Positions 49,097-58,182 of a stretch of 64,000 nucleotides of DNA are shown here, piece by piece. The notes below the pieces were generated by a model, which was not told the DNA's origin, did no database searches, and was given only the letters and a program-made list of their open reading frames with translations. The position numbers and the translations under genes are program-made. The stretch spans positions 2,880,001 to 2,944,000 of the forward strand of contig OZ242005.1 in NCBI GenBank assembly GCA_965204725.1. The letters are read 5' to 3'. This DNA is from Candidatus Latescibacterota bacterium. Lineage in GTDB: Bacteria > Latescibacterota > UBA2968 > UBA8231. Numbering within the stretch: the first letter of the stretch is position 1; every line of letters begins with the position of its first letter.

Positions 49097-52000
49097 ATGA
49101 GACACATTCCCACATCTTTGTATATTGATACAGAGGTATTCAAGCACCAAGGATTACGTTTGGATACAGACGACTTTAAATCACTGAAGGGCACATTCGT
49201 CAAGGGAGGACTACGTTTATTGATTCCGGCTATGATGGAACGCGAGCTTCTTCGGCATTACCGGAGGCAGGCTGAAGAATGTGCAGACGCAATTCACAAG
49301 GCACAATGGAAGCACCCTATGCCATTCTTGGGAATGTGGACGCCACTATCTGAAAACGAGATTATAGATAAATGTTTCAGCGAGCTTAAATCACAGTGGG
49401 AGCAATTCAAATTACATTTCGTTGTTGAAACACTACCACTTGTTGGGGACATAAACCATGTCGTGGATTGGTATTTTTCGGTTAAGCCACCATTTTCTGA
49501 GAAGAAAAAGAAAGAATTTCCTGATGCCTTTATTTTAAGTGTACTGGAGGCATACCACAATGACCACAAGGCAAACATCGCCGTGGTGAGTGGAGATAAA
49601 GATTTTAGTGAAGCCTGCAAGATTAGACGTTATATATATCATTTTGACAGTCTTAAAGAATACGTCAACATGTTTAAGCCTGAGCTCACTAAAGAGCAGC
49701 ATTTAACCGAGGAGCCTGTCGATCCTACTCAACCGATTGTCACCGAAGACTTGCAGGAACTGAAAGCCATATTAGATCGAGGAATCGATGCTACTCAGAT
49801 TGAGATTGACCGAGTAATAAAATTGTTACAACGTCGAGGTGAAAACTACCGCTATTTCTTCAATAATGCAGATAAGCCGATGTGGCTTCCTCATCTAAGG
49901 ACCAGTGGACTGTTAGATAACATACCGGAAGTTGAACAAACTGAAGATGGAGGTTTAAAGATTCCTTATTGGCCACCGATTTACTATCTCGAGAAAATTT
50001 GTGACTCAGCTCGTGAAGAAGTCTTGACCATATTGGAAGGACTACCTAAAAACACTAACCCACGTGTACTTGAGGGAATTTTGAACATAGTTCTAAAGTC
50101 GGACGATATGAATGACCTGATGCGTCTCTCTGAAAAAGTTCTCGCCTTTATAGATCACTCTCAATGGAGCCATGAGAAAATCATACAACTAGTTGATAGG
50201 CTTTCGCTTATGGACAGACGTTTCATCGGATTTTCAGAACCATTTTTACTCAAGATAATTGAGTTCCAACCCGACCAGCAAGCCGAAGACAAACAGGCCC
50301 GCCGCAGAGCGAATCCCGAAGATTGGACAACTCGACTGGAGCCACAACCACGCTTTAGCGAGTGGGAGTATCATCAGATACTGGAAAAAGGTGTCAAACC
50401 TTTGGCAGAGCGAGAGCCTTACCAAACCGCTCGAATACTGCTTGATGCCACCGCGACCGTGATACGCCTCATGTTCCATCAAGACGATCTTGAAGAGAAC
50501 AGTAGTAATGATTCTACCTTTATTTGGTTTGAGCGTATAAACGAACTTGGCGGTAGCCTCCCAGACTCGAAGAGTATTCTTGTTCACACACTAACGTTCG
50601 CCTGCGAAAAAGTTTACGAGAGAGCACCGGAAACCGTACCGGCATTGGATCAAGTGTTGCGAAACCAGCGTTGGGAAATTTTTACACGCATCCGCCAGCA
50701 TCTTTACGCATTGCATTTAAATGAACAGACTAAGCCTTGGATACGTGAGATGATCCTTGCTCACGAAGATTACGATAAATGGCATCATCGTTTTGAGTTC
50801 CAGCGCATGATTCGCCTGTCGTGCGAAAAATTCGGTGCTGATTTGCTCCCCGAGACCGAAAAGAAGCGAATATTTGAGGCCATCCTTAGCGGCCCATCGG
50901 AACAGAGTTCTCGGGACTGGATGGGAGCTCGTTTTACCCAAGAATTATTTGAAGAATGGAAACGCAATTTTCACAGAATGCAACTAAATCCATTTGCTTC
51001 AGTACTCTTCGGTAAGTACGACGAATACTTCAAAGAGCTAAATGCGGGAGCAGAAAAGTCGATTACGGATGACGACTATACACCTTATGGATTGGAAGAT
51101 ATGGAAGGGAAGAGAGTAGAAGAACGCAGTCCAAAGCCAGCTAAAGAACTGAAGAAAATGTCAGATGAGGAAATCCTTTCGTTCTTGAATGAATGGGAAA
51201 ATGTTGGTCGCGATTCTGATGAGTGGTGGGTACACATCAACTTTGAAGGACTTGCTCAGACATTTCAGGCATTATTCAAAGAAAGTATAATATCAGACGA
51301 ATCACGGCTACATTTTTGGCTCGAAAACCGGAACCAGTTGGAGAGACCTATCTATGTTAAGGCGATAGTGTCTGCTATTCATGAGCAAGTAAAACTCAAG
51401 CAATTTGACAACCTCGGTCAATGGTTTGAACTCTGCGAATGGGTATTGTCCCATCCTGACCAGCCAAAGGAAGAAGGTGTCAATCGTAGCGATGTATCCA
51501 GAGAGCATCCAAGTTGGCAAAGTGCGCGTCGAACGGTGGGTGACTTCGTCGGGATGTGCCTAGAGGAGAATATCAATGTCCCAATCTCAGGGCGTCAGCA
51601 TATCGCCTCTCTGTTGGATAAGCTCTGCACCCAATACGACAGGCGACTAGAGGAGGGTGAGCCTGTTTTTCTGAATCGAGATGACCAACTAAACGAAGCA
51701 CTCAATAATACACGAAGTATGGCACTGGAGCACTTGGTCAGATTCGGTTATTGGATACGCCGCCAGTTGGAGGATGATCAAGCAGCTACACCTGAAGTTT
51801 TTACCATCCTTGAAAAACGGCTCGGTTCAGAATGCGAGTACGCACTGACGCTGCCTGAATATGCCTTCCTTGGACTGAATTACGGTCGTATCTATGGTTT
51901 GGATAGAGAGTGGGCGATTCGGCATAAGAATGATCTTCTTCCGCAGGAGAAACTACCGGCATGGACGGAAGCCTTTGGAAATTTCCTTCGGTATAATCGG

Positions 52001-52687
52001 CCATACAAACAGATCTTTGATATTGTCCGAGACGACATTGAATTCGCACTTGAGAACATTGACAAATTCAAGACGAACAGTGCAAATACTCTCGGCGAAC
52101 ACTTATTTACCTACTATCTATGGAAAGTTTATCCACTTACAGGAGACAGTAGCTTACTGGAAAAATTTTACGAAAAGACCAAGAAAGACAAAGAGCGATG
52201 GTCTCACTTGTTTTATTATGTGGGCCGCCGTTTGAAAGACAGCGGTAAGCAACTGGAAGCAGACCTTAAGCAGAGAATTATCGACTTTTTCGACTGGCGT
52301 TTTGAGAGAAAGGAACCATCTGAACTTAAAGAGTTTACGTTTTGGCTGGAAGCAGAGTGCTTGGACGCCGAGTGGCGTCTGACTTCGTTATCGAAAGTCC
52401 TCGATATAAACGAATTAAAGAATAGAAAAACATACACGCAGATAAGTGCCCTACGAGAGATGGTTGAGGATCATACTACCCTAGTCGTAGAGTGCTTTGC
52501 CAAATTGACTGAGATCGATAATGAGAATGACGGGAACTTTTATATCCGTATCCCAACCGATAAAGCGAAACCTATCCTCCGAGCAGGATTAAACAGCAGC
52601 GATGACACGGTACGAGCAAATGCCGAACGGGCTCGCGAGAACCTACTTCGATGCGGACGCTTTGATTTTTTGGACATGGAAGGATAA
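49097..52687 (+). CDS. Large PIN (PIN_12/DUF4935-like) protein with ~1000-aa helical C-terminus
   Basis: 'LYIDTEVF', 'PPFS..KKEFPDAF', 'VVSGDKDF'; AT-rich. Confidence 0.75.
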   Translation: MRHIPTSLYIDTEVFKHQGLRLDTDDFKSLKGTFVKGGLRLLIPAMMERELLRHYRRQAEECADAIHKAQWKHPMPFLGMWTPLSENEIIDKCFSELKSQWEQFKLHFVVETLPLVGDINHVVDWYFSVKPPFSEKKKKEFPDAFILSVLEAYHNDHKANIAVVSGDKDFSEACKIRRYIYHFDSLKEYVNMFKPELTKEQHLTEEPVDPTQPIVTEDLQELKAILDRGIDATQIEIDRVIKLLQRRGENYRYFFNNADKPMWLPHLRTSGLLDNIPEVEQTEDGGLKIPYWPPIYYLEKICDSAREEVLTILEGLPKNTNPRVLEGILNIVLKSDDMNDLMRLSEKVLAFIDHSQWSHEKIIQLVDRLSLMDRRFIGFSEPFLLKIIEFQPDQQAEDKQARRRANPEDWTTRLEPQPRFSEWEYHQILEKGVKPLAEREPYQTARILLDATATVIRLMFHQDDLEENSSNDSTFIWFERINELGGSLPDSKSILVHTLTFACEKVYERAPETVPALDQVLRNQRWEIFTRIRQHLYALHLNEQTKPWIREMILAHEDYDKWHHRFEFQRMIRLSCEKFGADLLPETEKKRIFEAILSGPSEQSSRDWMGARFTQELFEEWKRNFHRMQLNPFASVLFGKYDEYFKELNAGAEKSITDDDYTPYGLEDMEGKRVEERSPKPAKELKKMSDEEILSFLNEWENVGRDSDEWWVHINFEGLAQTFQALFKESIISDESRLHFWLENRNQLERPIYVKAIVSAIHEQVKLKQFDNLGQWFELCEWVLSHPDQPKEEGVNRSDVSREHPSWQSARRTVGDFVGMCLEENINVPISGRQHIASLLDKLCTQYDRRLEEGEPVFLNRDDQLNEALNNTRSMALEHLVRFGYWIRRQLEDDQAATPEVFTILEKRLGSECEYALTLPEYAFLGLNYGRIYGLDREWAIRHKNDLLPQEKLPAWTEAFGNFLRYNRPYKQIFDIVRDDIEFALENIDKFKTNSANTLGEHLFTYYLWKVYPLTGDSSLLEKFYEKTKKDKERWSHLFYYVGRRLKDSGKQLEADLKQRIIDFFDWRFERKEPSELKEFTFWLEAECLDAEWRLTSLSKVLDINELKNRKTYTQISALREMVEDHTTLVVECFAKLTEIDNENDGNFYIRIPTDKAKPILRAGLNSSDDTVRANAERARENLLRCGRFDFLDMEG

Positions 52688-52749
52688 ACCATCTGTTTGG
52701 CTACTGAACCGTGGGCAAGGAGAAGCAAATGAATAACCGCAAAGAGACC

Positions 52750-52950
52750 ATGATGAGGTACAAAATTGCCCTTCACCAATCTGACGAAGGCTACAGTGTG
52801 TCGATCCCCGGCTTTCCGGGCTGTTGGTCCGAGGGAAGAACAGAAGAAGAAGCCCTCGTTAATATCGAAGCCGCCATTCGAGAATATCTCAGCGTAGTAG
52901 AAGACCTTTTGAAGGATGCCGAAGTCCGAGAAATCGAACTGGCTGTATAA
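52750..52950 (+). CDS. hicB: HicB antitoxin
   Basis: 'GYSVSIPGFPGCWSEGRTEEEALVNI'. Confidence 0.88.
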   Translation: MMRYKIALHQSDEGYSVSIPGFPGCWSEGRTEEEALVNIEAAIREYLSVVEDLLKDAEVREIELAV

Positions 52951-52952
52951 AC

Positions 52953-53165
52953 ATGCCCAAGATTCCGGGCGTCAATCATCTTAACGCGGTGCGAGCTTTG
53001 GAAAAAGCAGGCTTTCGCATTGCACGTCAGGGCAAGCACATCGTCATGACGGATGGAGTGCGTATTCTGACTGTTCCAAGAAACAACCCTGTTAATGCCT
53101 TTACTATGGGGGGTATTGTAAGAGACGCAGGATTAACCGTTGAAGAATTCCGTGATCTTTTGTGA
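52953..53165 (+). CDS. hicA: HicA toxin
   Basis: 'RALEKAGF..RQGKH..TVPR'. Confidence 0.88.
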   Translation: MPKIPGVNHLNAVRALEKAGFRIARQGKHIVMTDGVRILTVPRNNPVNAFTMGGIVRDAGLTVEEFRDLL

Positions 53166-53269
53166 TGGAACGTGTTGATGTGTGAAAGAATTTATCAGAG
53201 GTTCTGGTGGTGGAGAGGTTCGTACTCGATCCGTATCCACCGCGAGATAAGTGATAGGATATTGCGTAA

Positions 53270-53389
53270 ATGAATTGGCCGATCCGAAAGAGGTGCTCCC
53301 ATGAAATCCATATCCTTGCAGATCACCTATCGAAAGGGCAAGCCCTTCGCGGCTTATCAGCGGAGTTAGAGCCACTCAGAGCGGCCTAA
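53270..53389 (+). pseudogene. Deleted DUF4258/DUF2283-like TA pair, copy 1
   Basis: 'MNWP' joined to 'PKEVLP*'; then 'MKSISLQITYRKGKPFAAY' joined to 'SAELEPLRAA*'. Confidence 0.55.
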
Positions 53390-53486
53390 CTGTTCTTCTC
53401 ACCTCTGCGGTGGGTCTGCGGTACTCATGCACAGATAGATGGGGTGTTCTTCGTAGATAAGCTCATCGCGGTCACACGATTCTGGC

Positions 53487-53515
53487 TTGACCTCTGGTCG
53501 GGAATATACTATACT
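53487..53515 (+). promoter_or_regulatory. Sigma-70 promoter upstream of DUF5131
   Basis: TTGACC-N17-TATACT. Confidence 0.55.
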
Positions 53516-53632
53516 TATGTTCAGTTATTTATTGCGAACCGGAGGGATGCTACGCAGATTGCCAAGCGTATGCTGATTTGCGCGTAACATCCGCTAGTCA
53601 GTAAATGCAGAATGGACACGGGAGCCGACGGC

Positions 53633-54469
53633 ATGTCTCGCAAAAGCACCATTGAATGGACCAACAGCACTTGGAACCCGGTCACCGGTTGCACAAAGGT
53701 GAGTGCGGGATGCGACCATTGCTATGCCGAACGCCTTTCCGAGCGTTTTCGCGGCGTCAAGGGCCATCCTTTTGAGACCGGCTTTGATCTCACCCTGCGG
53801 CCCGAGCGTATCAAGCAACCCTTGCGCTGGCGGCGTCCACAACTCGTCTTCGTCAATTCGATGAGCGATCTTTTTCACAAGAACATTCCCACCGAGTACA
53901 TCGCCCGCGTATTCGACACAATGGAACGCGCCGATTGGCACATCTATCAGGTGCTAACCAAGCGCAGTTCGCTGATGCGCGATTTCGTCCATCAGCACTA
54001 CCGGGGACAAGCCGCGCCCCCGCATATCTGGCTCGGCGTCTCGATTGAAAACGCCGCGGCCATGACGCGCCTGCGACACTTGAAACAGACCAACGCCTCT
54101 GTGCGCTTCGTCTCGTTCGAGCCGCTGCTCGGCCCCCTCGGCGCGGTAAATTTGGAGGGCATTCACTGGATCATCGCCGGCGGCGAGAGTGGGCCGGGTG
54201 TGCGTCCGATGCAAATAGAGTGGGTGCGCGCCTTACGCGATCAGTGCCAAGCCCAGCGCGTCGCCTTCTTCTTTAAGCAGTGGGGTGGGCGCACCCCCAA
54301 AACAGGCGGCAATACGCTCGACGGACGCCAATGGTTGGAATATCCGCGAGTGGAATCTGAGCAGCAACTTGGCATGCCGTTACAAGTGGCTGGAGTACCA
54401 AAAGACGATGCAAACGATGTGCCCGACGTTGGCCCTTGGGCGAGGGAGAAACTGAGGCGTGTTCAGTAG
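53633..54469 (+). CDS. DUF5131 (phage Gp37/Gp68, three-Cys motif) protein
   Basis: 'IEWT..TWNPVTGCTKVSAGCDHCYA', 'FVNSMSDLFH', 'FFFKQWGG'. Confidence 0.9.
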   Translation: MSRKSTIEWTNSTWNPVTGCTKVSAGCDHCYAERLSERFRGVKGHPFETGFDLTLRPERIKQPLRWRRPQLVFVNSMSDLFHKNIPTEYIARVFDTMERADWHIYQVLTKRSSLMRDFVHQHYRGQAAPPHIWLGVSIENAAAMTRLRHLKQTNASVRFVSFEPLLGPLGAVNLEGIHWIIAGGESGPGVRPMQIEWVRALRDQCQAQRVAFFFKQWGGRTPKTGGNTLDGRQWLEYPRVESEQQLGMPLQVAGVPKDDANDVPDVGPWAREKLRRVQ

Positions 54470-54529
54470 AATCAAGTGCGACACGTTGCTTTTATCGACG
54501 GTTCACGGCACAGAGAAAACCCTGCTTGA

Positions 54530-54766
54530 GCTTGGCGCGTAGTTGTCGAGCTCGATCTAGACGACGAGCCTCTTGCCATTGTAACCGCATATCCGCAAGA
54601 GGTGCTCCCATGAAATCCATATCCTTGCAGATCACCTATCGAAAGGGCAAGCCCCTCGCGGCTTATATTCACCTCGCTTCCAATAGATGAAATCCAGCGC
54701 GTTTTTGAACTTCTAGGTCTCGATAAACCGGCATCAGCGGAGTTAGAGCCACTCAGAGCGGCCTAA
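54530..54766 (+). pseudogene. Deleted DUF4258/DUF2283-like TA pair, copy 2
   Basis: 'WRVVVELD..LAIVTAYPQEVLP*' overlapping 'MKSISLQITYRKGKPLAAYIHL' and a later 'IDEIQRVFELLG..ELEPLRAA*'; 54597-54807 repeats 53288-53430 with 68 extra bp. Confidence 0.6.
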
Positions 54767-55000
54767 CTGTTCTTCTCACCTCTGCGGTGGTTGTGCGGTG
54801 CTCATGCTTCGGGCGGCGATTGGACGTGTCGAAGGGGAGGGGGAATAGGCTAAAAGCCAAGCGGGCAAGGCTGTTGACAACCGACAGTGCTTCGGATAAA
54901 TTGATCTCACATGGACTGCAACAGAGTATCCTATCCGCAGAGCAGGATCTTAAAGGCATGTCTGTTTTTTAGCGGTTTAACCAATTAGGAGGTAGCCGTC

Positions 55001-55201
55001 ATGTGTGACAGGACTAAAAAAGAAAAAACCTCAGATGATTATCTGAAAACTTTGGAGCGGGTCAAAAAGCAATACCAGCAGTATGTGGAAATCAGTGACC
55101 TTTATACCTTGCCGATTCAGCAAGAGGAGGAGCCGATACAATATCAGCCTCCTAGCTTGGAAAATCCCCTGACGACAAATACAACTAGTATCCGTCAATA
55201 A
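55001..55201 (+). CDS. Small hypothetical protein upstream of the Clp-fold protease
   Basis: SD AGGAGG; promoter TTGACA(54874)-N17-TAAATT. Confidence 0.6.
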   Translation: MCDRTKKEKTSDDYLKTLERVKKQYQQYVEISDLYTLPIQQEEEPIQYQPPSLENPLTTNTTSIRQ

Positions 55202-55213
55202 AACGGAGTGAAT

Positions 55214-56194
55214 ATGGCTTCTTGGAGTGAACTCCTGAGCGCATTGCATGCTCATGCTCAGAACGACCCTAATTGGCTTGATAAAAAACTGCAAGAGCAT
55301 TTGACCACTATCTCAACGCATCGCAAGAATGCTACCGTTATCTTCTACGCATCGGGTTTTTTGCAAAAGGCCGCCGATAATGTGCTCATTGACAGAGAAG
55401 ATATTAACGGGTTCATGAACGCGCTTTACAAAGCACAAAAAAATAAAAATCTCACATTGATACTTCATACTCCTGGCGGAGACCCGAACGCCGTTGAAAG
55501 CATCGTTGAGTACCTACATTCAAAGTTTGATTATATTGAAGTAATCGTACCTTATCTAGCAATGTCTGGCGGCGCGATGATAAGTCTGGCAAGCAATCTT
55601 TTGATACTCGGCAAACAGGGCCAACTGGGACCTATTGACCCTCAGCTAGTCACTGGCAACAAAACGCACTCAGCGAGGGCGATCCAAGAAGGGTTTAGCA
55701 AGGCGAAAGAGGATATTGAAAACGACACGAGATTAGCACATCTTTGGGCACCCATTTTACAAAATATGGGACCTTCACTGGTTTTGGAAGCGGATAAAGC
55801 TTTGTCGTACAGTAAAGAATTGGTCGTCAACTGGCTCAATAAAAGGATGTTCAAGGATATAGATAAGAAAAAAAGAAAAAAGAGAGCGGATACCATTGCA
55901 GCCTATTTTAACGCTGAACGTACCTCTGGTCATGACCAAATTCATGTTCATGGTCAAAGAATTGGAGTGACAAAACTTAAAGAGCTCGGGATCAAGCTGG
56001 AACTTCTTGAAGATGACCAGTCATTACAAAATGATGTTTTGACTGCATACCACTTGATGACCTTGATTTTTGAGATGACACCTTCCTTAAAAATCATCGC
56101 CAGTGATGCAGGAAAAATGTGGGTTAAACAAGAACAGCAAGTTCTTGTTCCAGCCTCCCTGCCTACCCCTCAACCCCCCCTCAACAATCCTTAA
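55214..56194 (+). CDS. SDH_sah / Clp-fold serine protease
   Basis: 'LILHTPGG', 'AMSGGAMI', 'LGPIDPQ', distal His in 'HVHG'. Confidence 0.85.
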   Translation: MASWSELLSALHAHAQNDPNWLDKKLQEHLTTISTHRKNATVIFYASGFLQKAADNVLIDREDINGFMNALYKAQKNKNLTLILHTPGGDPNAVESIVEYLHSKFDYIEVIVPYLAMSGGAMISLASNLLILGKQGQLGPIDPQLVTGNKTHSARAIQEGFSKAKEDIENDTRLAHLWAPILQNMGPSLVLEADKALSYSKELVVNWLNKRMFKDIDKKKRKKRADTIAAYFNAERTSGHDQIHVHGQRIGVTKLKELGIKLELLEDDQSLQNDVLTAYHLMTLIFEMTPSLKIIASDAGKMWVKQEQQVLVPASLPTPQPPLNNP

Positions 56195-56207
56195 ACTCAT
56201 AGGGCGA

Positions 56208-56269
56208 GCGCATCCCCAAAACGGGCGGCAATACACTCGACGGACGCCAATGGTTGGAATATCCGCGAG
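56208..56269 (+). repeat. Second copy of the DUF5131 3' region
   Basis: Matches 54289-54350 with 3 mismatches in 62 bp. Confidence 0.9.
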
Positions 56270-56311
56270 CGCAACGCACCCAACAACTCTGTGCTGAAGA
56301 AAAGGAAGGCA

Positions 56312-56384
56312 TGTCATGCTGACGAAGCATCTTTGACCATTATGCTGACACTAAAACGAGATTCTTCGACTCCGCTCAGAATGA
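56312..56384. repeat. REP-like inverted repeat pair (left arm degraded)
   Basis: TCATGCTGA..CGAAGCATCT / AGATTCTTCGACTCCGCTCAGAATGA. Confidence 0.55.
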
Positions 56385-56464
56385 TTTACAAACGACGGCG
56401 ACCTCCGCTCGCCACAGTATGAAAAATAATCTGGAGCATTCAACAGACGCGAGGAGACAAAGCC

Positions 56465-57508
56465 ATGTTGAAACGTTTGCAAATACAGAATTTCCGCGGC
56501 TTCAACGCGCTCGAAATCGACCAATTGAGCGGCATCAACCTCATTGCTGGCAAAAACAATTCTGGCAAGACCAGCTTACTGGAAGCAGTTTTTCTGCTGT
56601 CTGGAGGCGGAAACGCGCAACTGGCTGTAAATGCCAATGTCATTCGCGGCATAGAAAAAGATGGCGTTTCGGTGAGGGATTTCTTCTGGAAGCAGCTCTT
56701 CTTCAATCTTGATATGGAACAGTCCATTAAAATTGAAGGGGAGTATAAGTCGCATGGTCAATTCGCCTTGGAAATCGCATCGGAGCAACAGCCCACCACT
56801 GAAATTACTCTTGATAGTACGGACGGATCTTCGGCGACGAACCTTTTTGACGAACGCTCTCTCATATTCCAGTATAGCGATCCTTCTGATCAAAAAATTA
56901 AAAGCCATATACGTTTTAAGGGACAAAAGCTCGAGGTTCAGCAGCCCGCTATAAATGTCCCGTTTATTGCGGCAATTCTCTTGTCTCGAGGTAGAAATAT
57001 CCATGAAGATGCCAAGAGGCTGGGAATGTTGAAAAAGAAAAAACAGGGCGATCTGCTCTTAAAAGCACTACAAGTTGTCGAGCCGAAGCTACAGAGCATT
57101 GAGGACAGCTTCGCCAGCGGCACCCCCATGATCTGGGGAGATATCGGGTTGTCCGAACTAGTGCCACTGCCAGCAATGGGCGAAGGCATGACCCAGCTAG
57201 CTCGGCTGGTTTTGGCCATAGCTACCGTACCGAACGGCGTCGTTTTGGTAGATGAGGTTGAAAACGGCATTCACCACTCCGTACTGCCCGATGTCTGGCG
57301 AGCCATCGACGAAGCGGCCAAGCAGTTCCACACGCAGATATTTGCAACCACGCACAGTTTTGAGTGCATAGAAGCAGCCCATCAAGCTCTCGGCCCTGAC
57401 GGCTTTCGCCTACACCGGCTTGAAGCCCGCGATGCGGAAAATCGCTGTGTTACCTTTAAGCCAAATGGAATCAGCGCCGCGCTTCGACACAATCTTGAGG
57501 TGCGCTAG
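56465..57508 (+). CDS. AAA_15/AAA_21 ABC-type ATPase
   Basis: 'IQNFRGF', 'GKNNSGKT', 'MGEG', 'LVDEVENGIH', 'TTHS'. Confidence 0.9.
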   Translation: MLKRLQIQNFRGFNALEIDQLSGINLIAGKNNSGKTSLLEAVFLLSGGGNAQLAVNANVIRGIEKDGVSVRDFFWKQLFFNLDMEQSIKIEGEYKSHGQFALEIASEQQPTTEITLDSTDGSSATNLFDERSLIFQYSDPSDQKIKSHIRFKGQKLEVQQPAINVPFIAAILLSRGRNIHEDAKRLGMLKKKKQGDLLLKALQVVEPKLQSIEDSFASGTPMIWGDIGLSELVPLPAMGEGMTQLARLVLAIATVPNGVVLVDEVENGIHHSVLPDVWRAIDEAAKQFHTQIFATTHSFECIEAAHQALGPDGFRLHRLEARDAENRCVTFKPNGISAALRHNLEVR

Positions 57509-57510
57509 AT

Positions 57511-58137
57511 ATGCCGCAACCAGCAGCAATCAAATCGGCGACCCAACTTCTCGTTGAGGGCAATGATCAGCGCAATTTCTTCGAGGCATTTACCCGTCAT
57601 CTTTCGATCTCCAATGTCCAGATTCAGAACTTTGGCGGGGTCAACGAACTGCGCGATTTCCTAGAGGGACTCGTGAGCGCGACCGGATTTCGTGAAACCG
57701 TCCAGAGTATCGGCATCGTTCGAGATGCGGAAACGTCCGCCAGAGGAGCGTTCCAAAGCGTTCAGTCGGCACTGAGCAATGCCGCCCTGCCCGCGCCGAA
57801 CAGACCCGCAGAACGCACTGGCACCAGTCCGGCGGTAACAGTGCTGATACTGCCCGGCGATGATCGCCAAGGGATGCTTGAGACGCTACTGTGCGAGAGC
57901 TTTGCGGCTACGCCGGTGGAGGACTGCATCGACGACTTTTTCAAGTGTGTCGAATCTTTGCCGGACATGTCCATCGACAGACCCGACAAGGCCCGTGCCC
58001 ATGCCTACCTGACCACAAAGCCCAATCCTCATTTTTCCGTCGGTGTGGCAGCAAAGAACGACTACTGGGATTTGGATCACAGCGTCTTCAGCCCGGTCCG
58101 CGATTTTCTACAAACGATAGCTGCAAGTGCTCCGTGA
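57511..58137 (+). CDS. DUF3226 / TOPRIM-like protein
   Basis: 'LLVEGND', 'GIVRDAE', 'GMLETL', 'DKA'. Confidence 0.8.
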   Translation: MPQPAAIKSATQLLVEGNDQRNFFEAFTRHLSISNVQIQNFGGVNELRDFLEGLVSATGFRETVQSIGIVRDAETSARGAFQSVQSALSNAALPAPNRPAERTGTSPAVTVLILPGDDRQGMLETLLCESFAATPVEDCIDDFFKCVESLPDMSIDRPDKARAHAYLTTKPNPHFSVGVAAKNDYWDLDHSVFSPVRDFLQTIAASAP

Positions 58138-58182
58138 ACGGCCATAGGAGGGACAGAATCGGCCGGAAGCTCCGCTGAACGG

